Shown here: positions 9,015 through 18,006 of the stretch, in pieces
How the letters are laid out: every line of letters starts with the position of its first letter
How positions within the stretch are numbered: position 1 is the first letter of the stretch
Assembly: GCA_964651255.1 (NCBI GenBank)
Contig: CAZYWU010000007.1
Coordinates: 7,817-71,816 of the forward strand
Length of the DNA: 64,000 nucleotides
Source of the DNA: an uncultured Anaerolineales bacterium
GTDB lineage: Bacteria; Chloroflexota; Anaerolineae; UBA1429
Direction: 5' to 3'
Translations under genes and position numbers: made by a program
The notes under the pieces: generated by a model
What the model was told of the DNA's origin: nothing
The model's input: only the letters and a program-made list of their open reading frames with translations
The model's database searches: none

Positions 9015-11147
9015 TCAGTCGCCCAGCAGCACGGCCATGCCCCACTCGGACATGGTGAGGGTGGCGATCTGGCCGTCCACCACGGTTTCGATAGCCACCG
9101 CGCTGTCGCTCAACAGCTCGCGCCCCGACTGGCTAAAAGTCCCGGGAGGGAAGCGGAGCGTCACCGTCTCCGCCTGGTCGCAGAATACAAACACCATAGG
9201 CCGGCCGAGGGTATAGCCGGTGCGCAAATACACGTCGCGCGCGGCCAGCCCCTCCGGGGACACCACCTCCGCCGGCAGCTCTACGCCGGCCTCACGCACA
9301 ATCGCCGCTACAAAACTCTCAAAGTCGGCTGCGTACGGCGCATAGCGAGAGTCCTTGCTGGAAGAGCCTTCGAAATAGGCATCTCCCATGATGGCACCAC
9401 AGAGAATGACTTGCCCCTCACCCACGGGTACCCTGACGAACAGGGCGCCATCGGAGGCCTCGCCCAACACCTCGCCTGTACCGGTATTGAATGGAGTAAG
9501 CCACTGCTTCGCGGGCACCTGTAGCTCCTGTCCGGCAACCTTGACACTCACCGCATCCCCTGTCAGCGTCCGGCGTCCCACGTCGGCGACACCGGTCAGA
9601 TCGGCCAGGAAGCGATCCTCGGCGTAACGGTAAAGACCATTGCGGCCAAAGGCGCCGCACTCGGCCTCGGCCACCAGTGTGCCCCCGCTTTCCAGCCAAT
9701 CGGCCAGGGCATCCGCCTGCTCTGCATCGATCACCAGCGAGCGCGGCATGAACAGCACGTCGATCTCGTCCAGGCTGTCCAGGTGCTCCTCCTCGATGAT
9801 CGTATAGGGGATATGGCTGCGCAACAGCGCTCGGGTATACCCGAGGAGCGCGTTCTGCGGCAAATTCGCGTCGCCCTCCTGGTTCCAGTGCAGGTAGTAG
9901 CTCTGCGGGCTGAAATAAACACCCACCGCTGGTACATGCGGGGTGTAGGAGGCAATCTCATCGCGATACTGCTGCAGCACGCGCGCCGTCTTGCGCATGG
10001 CAGCGAGGCGAGGTTCCGCCAGGCCATCGGAGCCGATCAGCCCGAACCCGGACGACTCTGAACCAAAGACCTCATCGCGCCAGCACCAGAACAGGATCGT
10101 GTCGGCACCGCTGCTGATACCGGTCCAGACCCAGCGCTGCTGGTTGGCCGGCTGCACTGGATCGTGGCTCTCGAATCCGCGCGCGGCCCTGCCGCCCTGT
10201 AGCTCGCTCAGCCAGACCCGCTTGCCACGGGCAGCCGAGCGCACACACTCGATGCGCATCGCCAGGTCGGCATCGGAAAAGTGGAACCAGGTGGGAAAGC
10301 TCGAACAGCCAATCCCGTCCATCTCGTCGGCAAAGAACCAGTCATTGCCGCGGTTCAGAGCGGTCTCCGGGAAGCGCATGCCGTAGAGCACCGTCGGTGC
10401 GCCGCCATGGACGGTGACCGGATGATCAGGATCCAGTTCCTTAACCACATCGTAGCGCGCCAGGCCCAGCTCGGTAGCCCGCCAGGTGAGAAAATGCTCC
10501 CAGGCCATCATGGTAGTGTAGGGACTGCGCGGAAACTTGCCGGGCAGTATCTGTCGCCAGTCGGAGTAACGCGTATTCCACGCGGCGTTGACCCCCTCCA
10601 ACCCGCCATAGGTAGCATCGAGCCAGGCGTGGTACCGGTTGACGGTGTAGGGGCAATGGCACACCTGTCCATCGGCGTTGACGTTCCAGCGCAGCTCGTT
10701 CCAGGCGTCCCAGCCCACCAAATTGGGCGCCGAGCGATAGCGCGTGACGACTTGCTCGAGGAAACCGGCCATGCGGTCCCACACGCCGGGGTGGTCAGTG
10801 CATCCGCCCGGTGTAAGCCCAAAGTGACCTTCGCCGCGGTTGGACGAGATGACCTTGTGCCCCATATGGTCGATCATCTCGCTGCCGGGCACCGCATCAT
10901 GGATCCAGTATGGCTGGAGCTCAGCGATCGTGCTCAGCACGACACCCAACCCCGCCTTGTCCGCCAGCGAAACCAGTTCGTCATAGTCCTCGAATCGATA
11001 GTTGTCCGGCCGCGGCTCGCACCAGCTCCACAACACCCAGAGCTGCACCGTGTTCAGCCCGGCGTCCGCCATGCGCATCATGTCGTCGCGCCAGTAGCGG
11101 CGATTCGGGAACGGTGCCCGATAGTACTGTGCCCCCAGATGGATCAT
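9015..11147 (-). CDS. GH42 family beta-galactosidase
   Basis: Start is placed at MIHLGAQYYRAPFP (an AAAGGAA RBS precedes it). GH42 hallmark blocks are present (QYYR, WSWCEP, GWDAWNE with the acid/base Glu) plus the trimerisation and C-terminal domains. Confidence 0.85.
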   Translation of the reverse strand: MIHLGAQYYRAPFPNRRYWRDDMMRMADAGLNTVQLWVLWSWCEPRPDNYRFEDYDELVSLADKAGLGVVLSTIAELQPYWIHDAVPGSEMIDHMGHKVISSNRGEGHFGLTPGGCTDHPGVWDRMAGFLEQVVTRYRSAPNLVGWDAWNELRWNVNADGQVCHCPYTVNRYHAWLDATYGGLEGVNAAWNTRYSDWRQILPGKFPRSPYTTMMAWEHFLTWRATELGLARYDVVKELDPDHPVTVHGGAPTVLYGMRFPETALNRGNDWFFADEMDGIGCSSFPTWFHFSDADLAMRIECVRSAARGKRVWLSELQGGRAARGFESHDPVQPANQQRWVWTGISSGADTILFWCWRDEVFGSESSGFGLIGSDGLAEPRLAAMRKTARVLQQYRDEIASYTPHVPAVGVYFSPQSYYLHWNQEGDANLPQNALLGYTRALLRSHIPYTIIEEEHLDSLDEIDVLFMPRSLVIDAEQADALADWLESGGTLVAEAECGAFGRNGLYRYAEDRFLADLTGVADVGRRTLTGDAVSVKVAGQELQVPAKQWLTPFNTGTGEVLGEASDGALFVRVPVGEGQVILCGAIMGDAYFEGSSSKDSRYAPYAADFESFVAAIVREAGVELPAEVVSPEGLAARDVYLRTGYTLGRPMVFVFCDQAETVTLRFPPGTFSQSGRELLSDSAVAIETVVDGQIATLTMSEWGMAVLLGD

Positions 11148-11277
11148 CTTTTGTTCCTTTCCGCCTCGGGGGTTGCCCGGGCTGGCTCGATTGTATGCGA
11201 GGCGGGGGCCCATGCACAAGCGCCCCCGCACAGAACGTTCCCACGACCCCATGCAATGACTGCGGCGTTACACCGTC

Positions 11278-12459
11278 TCAGGCTTTGATCACCACACAGG
11301 GAGACTGGTTCACCACCTCATCATTCAAGGCAATGCCCAGCCCGGGCTCTTCGGGCACCACAAAGACACCCCGCTCCGGCTGCAGGTTCGGCGTGCAGAG
11401 GGCGATGTTATCCGCCTTGAGCGCGCGGGTGTGATGCTCGTGGATGCCAAAGTTCGGGATGGCCGCCTCGAGGTGCAGGGCCGCGGCGGTAGCCACTGGA
11501 CTGCCGCACACGTGCACTTGCACCAGGATGTCGTAGACATGGGCATAATCGCAGATCTTTTTGCCCTCAGAGATGCCGCCCACCAGGCCCAGATCGGGCT
11601 GGATCAGGCTCAGGGTCTGCTGCTCAAAGTAGGGACGGTAGCCCCAGCGCGTGTAGATGCGCTCGCCGGCCGCCGTAGGGATCGACACACTGTGTGCCAC
11701 CAACTCGTGCAGGGCGGGGTTCACATAGTGCACAGGCTCCTCGTACAGGATGCACTCAAAGGGCTCCCACAGCCTGCCGAGCTGAATGGCGTTGCTCGTA
11801 GTGAGATGCGAGTGCGCCTCAATGATGATATCGACGTCCGGCCCCACTGCCTCCCGGATGGCGCCCACCCGGTCGCGGTAGCAACGCAGCTGGGCGGCAG
11901 AGAACAACCCCCGTAACATCCGTGTGTCCGTCTCGCCTTGCGGTCCGAACATGATCGGATCGACCTTGACACAATCGTATCCCTCTTCGACCGCTTTGAG
12001 CGCGGCCTCCGCATACTCCTCCGGTTGCACCAACTTCTCAGTCTCCGGACCCCAGCCGAACTGAATCTGGCTGGCATAAGTACGCAGGCGTTCGTTTGTC
12101 TTTCCGCCCAGCAACTGGTACACCGGCACGCCCAGCGCCTTGCCCTTGATGTCCCACATCGCTGTGTCGATGGCGCTCATGCCGCCATACACCACGGGGC
12201 CGCCGCCACGCCCCCAAAAGCTCGCGCGGAACATGGTGTCCCACAACAACTCGCTCTGGAACGGGTCGGCACCCAGCACAAACTGCTCGGCCAGATTGCG
12301 CGCCATGCCGATGCCGGCGCTATGGCCCGTGCCGTAGGCCAGCCCCACCTCGCCCAGTCCCGTGATACCGTCGTCGGTCGTGGCCCGCAGGATCACCGGA
12401 TGCCACGCTGGGGCGCTCTCCATGTGGATATCGAAAACCTCAACCTGTACGACCTTCAT
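11278..12459 (-). CDS. Enolase-superfamily sugar-acid dehydratase, D-mannonate/D-galactonate dehydratase-like subgroup
   Basis: Start is at MKVVQVEV with a GGAGG RBS. The motif order (GITGLGE ... FWGRGGGPV ... AMWDIKGKALGVPVYQLLGG) parallels ManD. The track ORF extends upstream with an implausible Arg/Trp-rich leader. Confidence 0.8.
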   Translation of the reverse strand: MKVVQVEVFDIHMESAPAWHPVILRATTDDGITGLGEVGLAYGTGHSAGIGMARNLAEQFVLGADPFQSELLWDTMFRASFWGRGGGPVVYGGMSAIDTAMWDIKGKALGVPVYQLLGGKTNERLRTYASQIQFGWGPETEKLVQPEEYAEAALKAVEEGYDCVKVDPIMFGPQGETDTRMLRGLFSAAQLRCYRDRVGAIREAVGPDVDIIIEAHSHLTTSNAIQLGRLWEPFECILYEEPVHYVNPALHELVAHSVSIPTAAGERIYTRWGYRPYFEQQTLSLIQPDLGLVGGISEGKKICDYAHVYDILVQVHVCGSPVATAAALHLEAAIPNFGIHEHHTRALKADNIALCTPNLQPERGVFVVPEEPGLGIALNDEVVNQSPCVVIKA

Positions 12460-12520
12460 TTGTCCCTCCAGTTTCCTTTTGTCACCTGCCCAGTCGCAGC
12501 CATCCGCGCCGCGCCCCGGG

Positions 12521-14857
12521 TCACGCAACGAGGACACGCCGCAGCGCGGCATGGTCCAACTCTTCAGCCACACGCAACCAGACCTCGCGCGCGCCAGGAT
12601 AGCCGAGGTCCGGCTCAAAGCCCAGATCCAGATACAGGCGAATGGCCCCCAGCCGATACGATTGGGTGCCGAGGTAGGCGCGCGTGTGCCAGCGGGCCAG
12701 CTGGTGCAGCGTATAGGCCAGCGCCGCGCGTGCCAGCCCCAGCCGGCGATACGCCGGGCGGATGGCGACCCAGTGCACCTGCCCCCACGATTCCCCCTGC
12801 GCATCCTCGCGGATCCAGGCGGAGATGGTGCCGACAGCCACGCCGCGCGGTCCCGTCACCAGGTAGCAGCGCCAACCGATAGCCGGCAGGTTGCTGCCAA
12901 ACACGCGCTCGAAAAGTCCGTCCTCGATGGCAAAGTAGGGCTCGGCATCGCGCCAGATATCCGCCCACAGCCCGCCCTCGTCCGGCTGCATGGGGCGGAT
13001 GCCATACCCCTCGGGGAAGGGCACATCAGGAATATCTGTGAGATCGCGACGGATCATATGGAGCACGTCTCCAGCAGCATTCCGCTCAGGTCCCGGTGGG
13101 AGCGGAGGCGGCAGACCTTGCCTGGCGCGAAACAGCCTTCTCACCGTGGCCAGGGCCCGCTTGGGCCGGCGGTCACGGGTTACCACGCCGTATGGGCTCA
13201 GCGCCAGGCCGTGGCAGAAGGATAATACGTTTGCCGGCCAGGAATGATCGGCCCAGCACCACATGGTAGCGCCACAGACATACGGGGCATCCATGCCGGC
13301 CAATTCCGCTTCTATCGCCCGGGCCTGCCAGTCTTCGCCCAGAGCACTCTCCCGGCTGCCCTCCAGCGCCGCGTAGCCGAACTCGGTCACCAGGATGGCC
13401 TTGTCCGGGTGGCGGGCGTGCAGTTCGGCCAGTCCATCACGCCACCAGACCGTCGACTCTGCCAGGTCGTAGCCGGAATCCCCGGCCAGCCCGCGCCGAT
13501 CCAGCGTGGGATAACCATTGACGCAGAGCACATCGTCCTCTTCGAAATGGGGCTGATCGCGCCAGTGGTTGCTCACGTGGACCGCCAGCCGGGTCGGATC
13601 TGCCTCGCGAGCCACGCGGATCAGGTGGGCGTTGCCCGCTGCCACCTCTGGCCGCTGCTCCTCCGTCTCATTACTGACCGACCAGACGATCAGGGCGGGG
13701 TGATGGCGGTCGCGCTCGATCATGGCCCTGAGCTGGCGTTCCGCAGCCTCCAGTTTCGCTTCGGGCATGCCCGCGCCCTCGGCCTCGCCGCGCCACCAGT
13801 AGAGCGGGATCTCGCCCATCGCCAGCAAGCCCAGCTCATCGCACAAATCCAGTTCGTCCGGGTGGTGCGGGTAGTGGCACAGACGCACGAAATTGGCGCC
13901 CGCATCACGCATGCTGCGCAGATCGCGACGCACTGTGTCGCGATCCTCAGCCATGGCCACCGTTGGCGCGTCCTCGTGGCGGTTGAACCCGGTGAGCACC
14001 AGCGGCTCACTGTTCAGCAGCAGCCTGCCTTCTTGCGCCGCTATGCTGCGAAAGCCCGTGCGCCGACTGATGCTGTCGACGACCGCTCCGTCGCAGAGCA
14101 GTGACGCCTCGACCGTGTACAACACCGGCGCGACAGGCGACCAGAGGGTGACGCCCGGCACCTGGCTGCGGAGCACGCAGGGGGCCGCCTTGCCAGGAGC
14201 AAGGCACATGTCCCCGCTCTCTACACAGGCCAGCTCGTGGCCCTCCCCATCGAGCACGCGCACGCGCAAACATGCATCGGCCGATTGCGAGCGCGCGTTG
14301 GCCAGCGTAGCGCAAGCCGTCAGCGTACCGCCCCGCTTGGCCGGCAGCGCATCCAGCGCCACATCCTTGATGTATAGCCGGTCCGTCGCGACCAACTCGA
14401 CTCGCCGCTGCAGCCCGCCACAGGTCCGCCAGCCCCGCTCCAGGCCGGGCACGTCCCCGGCCCGCCGGATGTTGTCCGTGCACACCGCCAGGGTCGTCGG
14501 GCCGTCCCAGTTGACGTGATCGGTTATGTCGACCTCAAAGCCCAGGAACCCATCGGGATGGGTTCCGGCGAGCCGGCCATCGACCCACACCTGCGCGTGG
14601 TAATGCACCCCGTGAAACCGCAGGACGATGCGACGCCCCTGCCACTCTGAGGGGATGTCCAGCCCCCGCCGGTACCAGCCGGCTCCCTCATAGTCCGCCA
14701 GCGCAGGCACCGCCACATCCCAACAGGAGGGCACCCACACCTCGCGCCAGTGCTCGTCTGTGCACAGCGGACTGGCAAAGCCCAGGGTCTCGCCCTCGCC
14801 GGTCGGATCAGGCTGAAAGCGCCACACGCCTGTCAGATCGATGCTCTCTCTCAACAC
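12521..14857 (-). CDS. GH2 glycoside hydrolase (beta-galactosidase/beta-mannosidase/beta-glucuronidase family) with a fused C-terminal GNAT N-acetyltransferase domain
   Basis: N-terminal sugar-binding and Ig-like domains. TIM barrel with acid/base WSVSNETEE and nucleophile ILVTEFGY. The C-terminal ~170 aa carry GNAT motif A (RRLGLARAALAYTL) in the same ORF. Confidence 0.8.
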   Translation of the reverse strand: MLRESIDLTGVWRFQPDPTGEGETLGFASPLCTDEHWREVWVPSCWDVAVPALADYEGAGWYRRGLDIPSEWQGRRIVLRFHGVHYHAQVWVDGRLAGTHPDGFLGFEVDITDHVNWDGPTTLAVCTDNIRRAGDVPGLERGWRTCGGLQRRVELVATDRLYIKDVALDALPAKRGGTLTACATLANARSQSADACLRVRVLDGEGHELACVESGDMCLAPGKAAPCVLRSQVPGVTLWSPVAPVLYTVEASLLCDGAVVDSISRRTGFRSIAAQEGRLLLNSEPLVLTGFNRHEDAPTVAMAEDRDTVRRDLRSMRDAGANFVRLCHYPHHPDELDLCDELGLLAMGEIPLYWWRGEAEGAGMPEAKLEAAERQLRAMIERDRHHPALIVWSVSNETEEQRPEVAAGNAHLIRVAREADPTRLAVHVSNHWRDQPHFEEDDVLCVNGYPTLDRRGLAGDSGYDLAESTVWWRDGLAELHARHPDKAILVTEFGYAALEGSRESALGEDWQARAIEAELAGMDAPYVCGATMWCWADHSWPANVLSFCHGLALSPYGVVTRDRRPKRALATVRRLFRARQGLPPPLPPGPERNAAGDVLHMIRRDLTDIPDVPFPEGYGIRPMQPDEGGLWADIWRDAEPYFAIEDGLFERVFGSNLPAIGWRCYLVTGPRGVAVGTISAWIREDAQGESWGQVHWVAIRPAYRRLGLARAALAYTLHQLARWHTRAYLGTQSYRLGAIRLYLDLGFEPDLGYPGAREVWLRVAEELDHAALRRVLVA

Positions 14858-14902
14858 ATCCTCCTCACCTGTCGGGCAGGTTACTGAGCGGGATCCATGA
14901 CG

Positions 14903-15685
14903 CTACAAGCGGAGGCACGCCTCAAAGGCCAGCCTCAGCACCTGCTCGCGGTTGTCGTGCCGGTGCACCCAACCTCGCGAGTCCCAGTCCAGGCCGCTGA
15001 CATCGTCACCGGCGTAGAGCAGCTGTCCGAGAACGATGTCGCGGAACTGCGCCACGGCAAAGAGGGCCGCGGCCTCCATCTCCACGCAGAGGCAACCCTC
15101 GCTTCGGCGCAGGCGCACCTTGGCGGGCGTCTCGCGGTAAAAGGCGTCCGTGGTCCAGGCCGTGGCCAGGAGGTGCGGTATCCCGTGACCCTCAAGCGTG
15201 CCGACGAGCGCTGCCACCGCTTCCGGATGAGGGGCGGCGCGGCGGCTTGGCGGCAGATAATGATATGAAGTGCCCTCGTCGCGCACGGCATCCTGCAACA
15301 CCAGCAGATGGCCAACGGCGATCTCCCGATCCAGCACGCCGCCCCCGCCGCATACAATGACCTTGCGCACGCCGCAGGCGATGGCCTCCTCGAGCACGGC
15401 CGCGGCAAAGGGCGCACCCACTCCGGGGTGCAGCAGCCCGATCCGGCGCCCCTCAAAGTCGACTTCATAGGCCGGATTTGGCCCTACCTCTGAGCTGAGC
15501 GTCGCCAGCGGGCGTGCGATGCCCGCGTCAACCAGCGCTTGGATCTGCTCGGCGAAAAAGCAGAGCACCAGGCGCTCGGGAAAGGGCGTGTCGAGCCGAA
15601 AACGGCTGGGCTCGATGACCGCCGGCGAAGGGTCATACTCCAATAGCGGGATCTCCTGCGGCGGCACTTCCTTCAATCTGTTCAT
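14903..15685 (-). CDS. Nucleoside phosphorylase family protein (PNP_UDP_1 fold; purine/uridine phosphorylase or nucleosidase-like)
   Basis: GVGAPFAAAVLEE and VEMEAAALF blocks typical of phosphorylase family 1. Confidence 0.7.
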   Translation of the reverse strand: MNRLKEVPPQEIPLLEYDPSPAVIEPSRFRLDTPFPERLVLCFFAEQIQALVDAGIARPLATLSSEVGPNPAYEVDFEGRRIGLLHPGVGAPFAAAVLEEAIACGVRKVIVCGGGGVLDREIAVGHLLVLQDAVRDEGTSYHYLPPSRRAAPHPEAVAALVGTLEGHGIPHLLATAWTTDAFYRETPAKVRLRRSEGCLCVEMEAAALFAVAQFRDIVLGQLLYAGDDVSGLDWDSRGWVHRHDNREQVLRLAFEACLRL

Positions 15686-15908
15686 CCTTTCAGCGCCAGC
15701 CAGCCTCGTTGCGCGTTCTCAGCCAGCGGTGGCGTGATTGCAGACAGATCATAGCGTTACTGCCCAGGAGGCTCAAGCGCAACACGGCTCCTCCGCAACG
15801 TCTTGACCGTTTCTTCACATCGTGGTGGTATACTCTTACTATATGTGGAAAATGTGTGCTGTCTTCCGGGAGATGTCGGCAGGCGACCTGTGCCAGGTCC
15901 ACGAATGA

Positions 15909-15924
15909 GCTGCCTGCAGGCAGC
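15909..15924. repeat. Perfect 16-bp palindrome GCTGCCTGCAGGCAGC about 18 nt upstream of the response-regulator start; candidate operator
   Basis: Read directly from the sequence. It lies between a candidate extended -10 (TGGTATACT, about 15825) and the RBS of the regulator gene. Confidence 0.5.
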
Positions 15925-15941
15925 GGCCACAGAGGTTGAGC

Positions 15942-16628
15942 ATGAACGAACGCATACTGGTTGTGGATGACGAGCCCGAGATCGTGCGGGTGTTACGAGG
16001 ATACCTGGAGCAGGCCAACTACACTGTTTTGACGGCCTCCAGCGGGCCGGAGGCGCTGCGCCGCGCGCGCACCGAAGCTCCTGACCTCATTCTGCTGGAT
16101 GTGATGCTCCCGGGCATGGACGGCATCGATGTCTGTCGCAGCATCCGCCAGACCTCCAACGTCCCCATCATCATGGTGACCGCCCGCGTCGAAGAGACCG
16201 ACCGCGTGCTGGGCCTGGAGCTGGGCGCCGATGACTATATCACCAAGCCCTTTTCGCCGCGCGAGGTCGTCGCCCGGGTGCGCGCCGTACTGCGCCGCAC
16301 TCACGCCGAGCCCGTCGCCGAATCCGAGATCCTCACGGTGCACGACCTGACGCTGGACGTCGGCCGCCACTCGGTCGTCAGAGGCGACGAGGTGCTGGAG
16401 CTCACCCCCTCGGAGTTTGAGATTCTGCGCGCCATGATGAGCGCGCCCGGGCGCGTCTTGACACGGCTACAGCTGCTGGAGGCGGCTCAGGGCCAGGCCT
16501 ATGAGGGCTATGAGCGCACGGTGGATACCCACGTCAAGAACCTGCGGCGCAAGATCGAGCCGGACCCGCCCAACCCCTCGTACATTCTCACAGTGCACGG
16601 GATCGGCTACAAGCTCAAGGAAACCTGA
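15942..16628 (+). CDS. OmpR/PhoB-family response regulator (REC + winged-helix DNA-binding domain)
   Basis: ILVVDDEPEI...LLDVMLPGMDG...KPF receiver motifs and a C-terminal trans_reg_C wHTH. ATG at 15942 has better RBS spacing (AGAGG) than the TTG at 15936. Confidence 0.9.
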   Translation: MNERILVVDDEPEIVRVLRGYLEQANYTVLTASSGPEALRRARTEAPDLILLDVMLPGMDGIDVCRSIRQTSNVPIIMVTARVEETDRVLGLELGADDYITKPFSPREVVARVRAVLRRTHAEPVAESEILTVHDLTLDVGRHSVVRGDEVLELTPSEFEILRAMMSAPGRVLTRLQLLEAAQGQAYEGYERTVDTHVKNLRRKIEPDPPNPSYILTVHGIGYKLKET

Positions 16629-16629
16629 C

Positions 16630-18006
16630 ATGCTCAAGCGCCTGCCCCTCGCCGTCAAGATCTCGCTGGTGGTCGCTCTGGCGGTGGCCGTATCCACGGC
16701 CGCGCTGGCCACAGCGGTGCTCTATGCCGCTCGCAGCGGATTTGGCGATTACCTGTCGGTGGAGGTCACCGAGCGCACCTATGAGCTGCGCCCGCTGCTG
16801 GAAGAGTACTATGCCACTCAGGGCTCCTGGGAGGGTGTCGATCGCTTGATGCGCCAGGACATAATGCAGGGTGGCATGGTTCGGCGCGGCCGGATGGGGC
16901 CGGGCACCACATCGCTGGTGCTGGTCGATCCCACCGGCCAGGTGCATTACGCCCCCTTTGGCACCCCGAGCGTCTCGATCACCCTGCGCAACATCCGGCG
17001 CTATGGCGTGCCTCTGCAAGTCGATGGACACACGGTGGGGTATTTGATGGTGCAATCCGGCGTCCAGGAGGAGGGGTTTTACCGGAGTCTGTTGGGCACT
17101 ATCATCCGCGCCGGCGCCATCACCACCCTCCTGGCCATCGGAATCGGCCTGTTGCTGACCAGAAGCGCCTTGCGTCCCCTGAGGGAGCTGGAGGCAGCGA
17201 CCGAGCGCATCAGCGCTGGCGACCTCTCAGCCCGCGTGCCGGTGCGCGCCCGCGACGAGGTGGGAGCGGTGGCCGAGCGCTTTAACGCCATGGCTGCGGA
17301 CCTGCAGGATCAGGACGCCATCCGGCGCCGCATGATGAACGATATCGCCCACGAGCTGCGCACCCCCCTGACAGTGATGCAGGGGCAGATCGAGGCACTG
17401 CAGGACGGTGTGTTCGCCCTCTCACCCGAGAACCTCGAGCCGGTCCACGGGCAGACCTTGCTGCTCAAGCGGCTGGTGAACGATCTGCGGGACCTCGCCC
17501 TGGCCGAGTCCGGCCAGATCGCGCTGGACATGGCGCCGGTGGATCTGGGCCGGCTGGTGCCACGGGTAATCGCACGCTTTGCGCCCCAGGCCCAGGCGCA
17601 GGACGTGACACTGGAGATCTCGCAGCCCGGCGCGGTGCCTTCGATCCAGGGCGATGCCCAGCGGCTGGAGCAGGTGCTGAACAACCTGCTCAGCAACTCG
17701 CTGCGGCACACCCCCGCCGGGGGCCATGTAACGCTGGCTTTGAGCGCCACTTCCGACCGCGTGCGCATCACTGTACAGGACACGGGCGAGGGCATCCCTG
17801 CGGATGACCTGCCGCACATCTTTGAGCGTTTTTACCGCAGCGACCGCGCCCGGCAGCGCGGCGACGGCCACACCGGTCTCGGCCTGGCCATCGCCCGGGA
17901 GCTGGTGCGCGCCCACGGCGGCGACATCAGCGCCGCCAGCGTTCCCGGCGAGGGTACGACACTGACCATCGATCTGCCTGCCTCCCCGGCGGCGCCTAGT
18001 CTCTGA
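16630..18006 (+). CDS. Sensor histidine kinase (2 TM, HAMP, HisKA, HATPase_c), partner of the upstream regulator
   Basis: ATG overlaps the regulator's stop (TGACATG). H-box IAHELRTPLT. N, G1 (DTGEGI) and G2 (GLGLAIA) boxes present. Confidence 0.85.
   Translation: MLKRLPLAVKISLVVALAVAVSTAALATAVLYAARSGFGDYLSVEVTERTYELRPLLEEYYATQGSWEGVDRLMRQDIMQGGMVRRGRMGPGTTSLVLVDPTGQVHYAPFGTPSVSITLRNIRRYGVPLQVDGHTVGYLMVQSGVQEEGFYRSLLGTIIRAGAITTLLAIGIGLLLTRSALRPLRELEAATERISAGDLSARVPVRARDEVGAVAERFNAMAADLQDQDAIRRRMMNDIAHELRTPLTVMQGQIEALQDGVFALSPENLEPVHGQTLLLKRLVNDLRDLALAESGQIALDMAPVDLGRLVPRVIARFAPQAQAQDVTLEISQPGAVPSIQGDAQRLEQVLNNLLSNSLRHTPAGGHVTLALSATSDRVRITVQDTGEGIPADDLPHIFERFYRSDRARQRGDGHTGLGLAIARELVRAHGGDISAASVPGEGTTLTIDLPASPAAPSL

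Noticed and set aside
11278-12804. A 508-aa track ORF suggests an enolase-family protein with a ~115-aa N-terminal extension.
   Set aside because: The extension is Arg/Trp/Cys-rich nonsense with no RBS. A GGAGG RBS and the conserved MKVVQV start sit at 12459. The same reasoning was applied to the upstream-extended track ORFs at 3902-4912, 9015-11252, 22722-23657, 23593-24495, 26861-27619, 36274-38409, 46737-47795, 48232-49635, 54009-55352 and 56161-57627.
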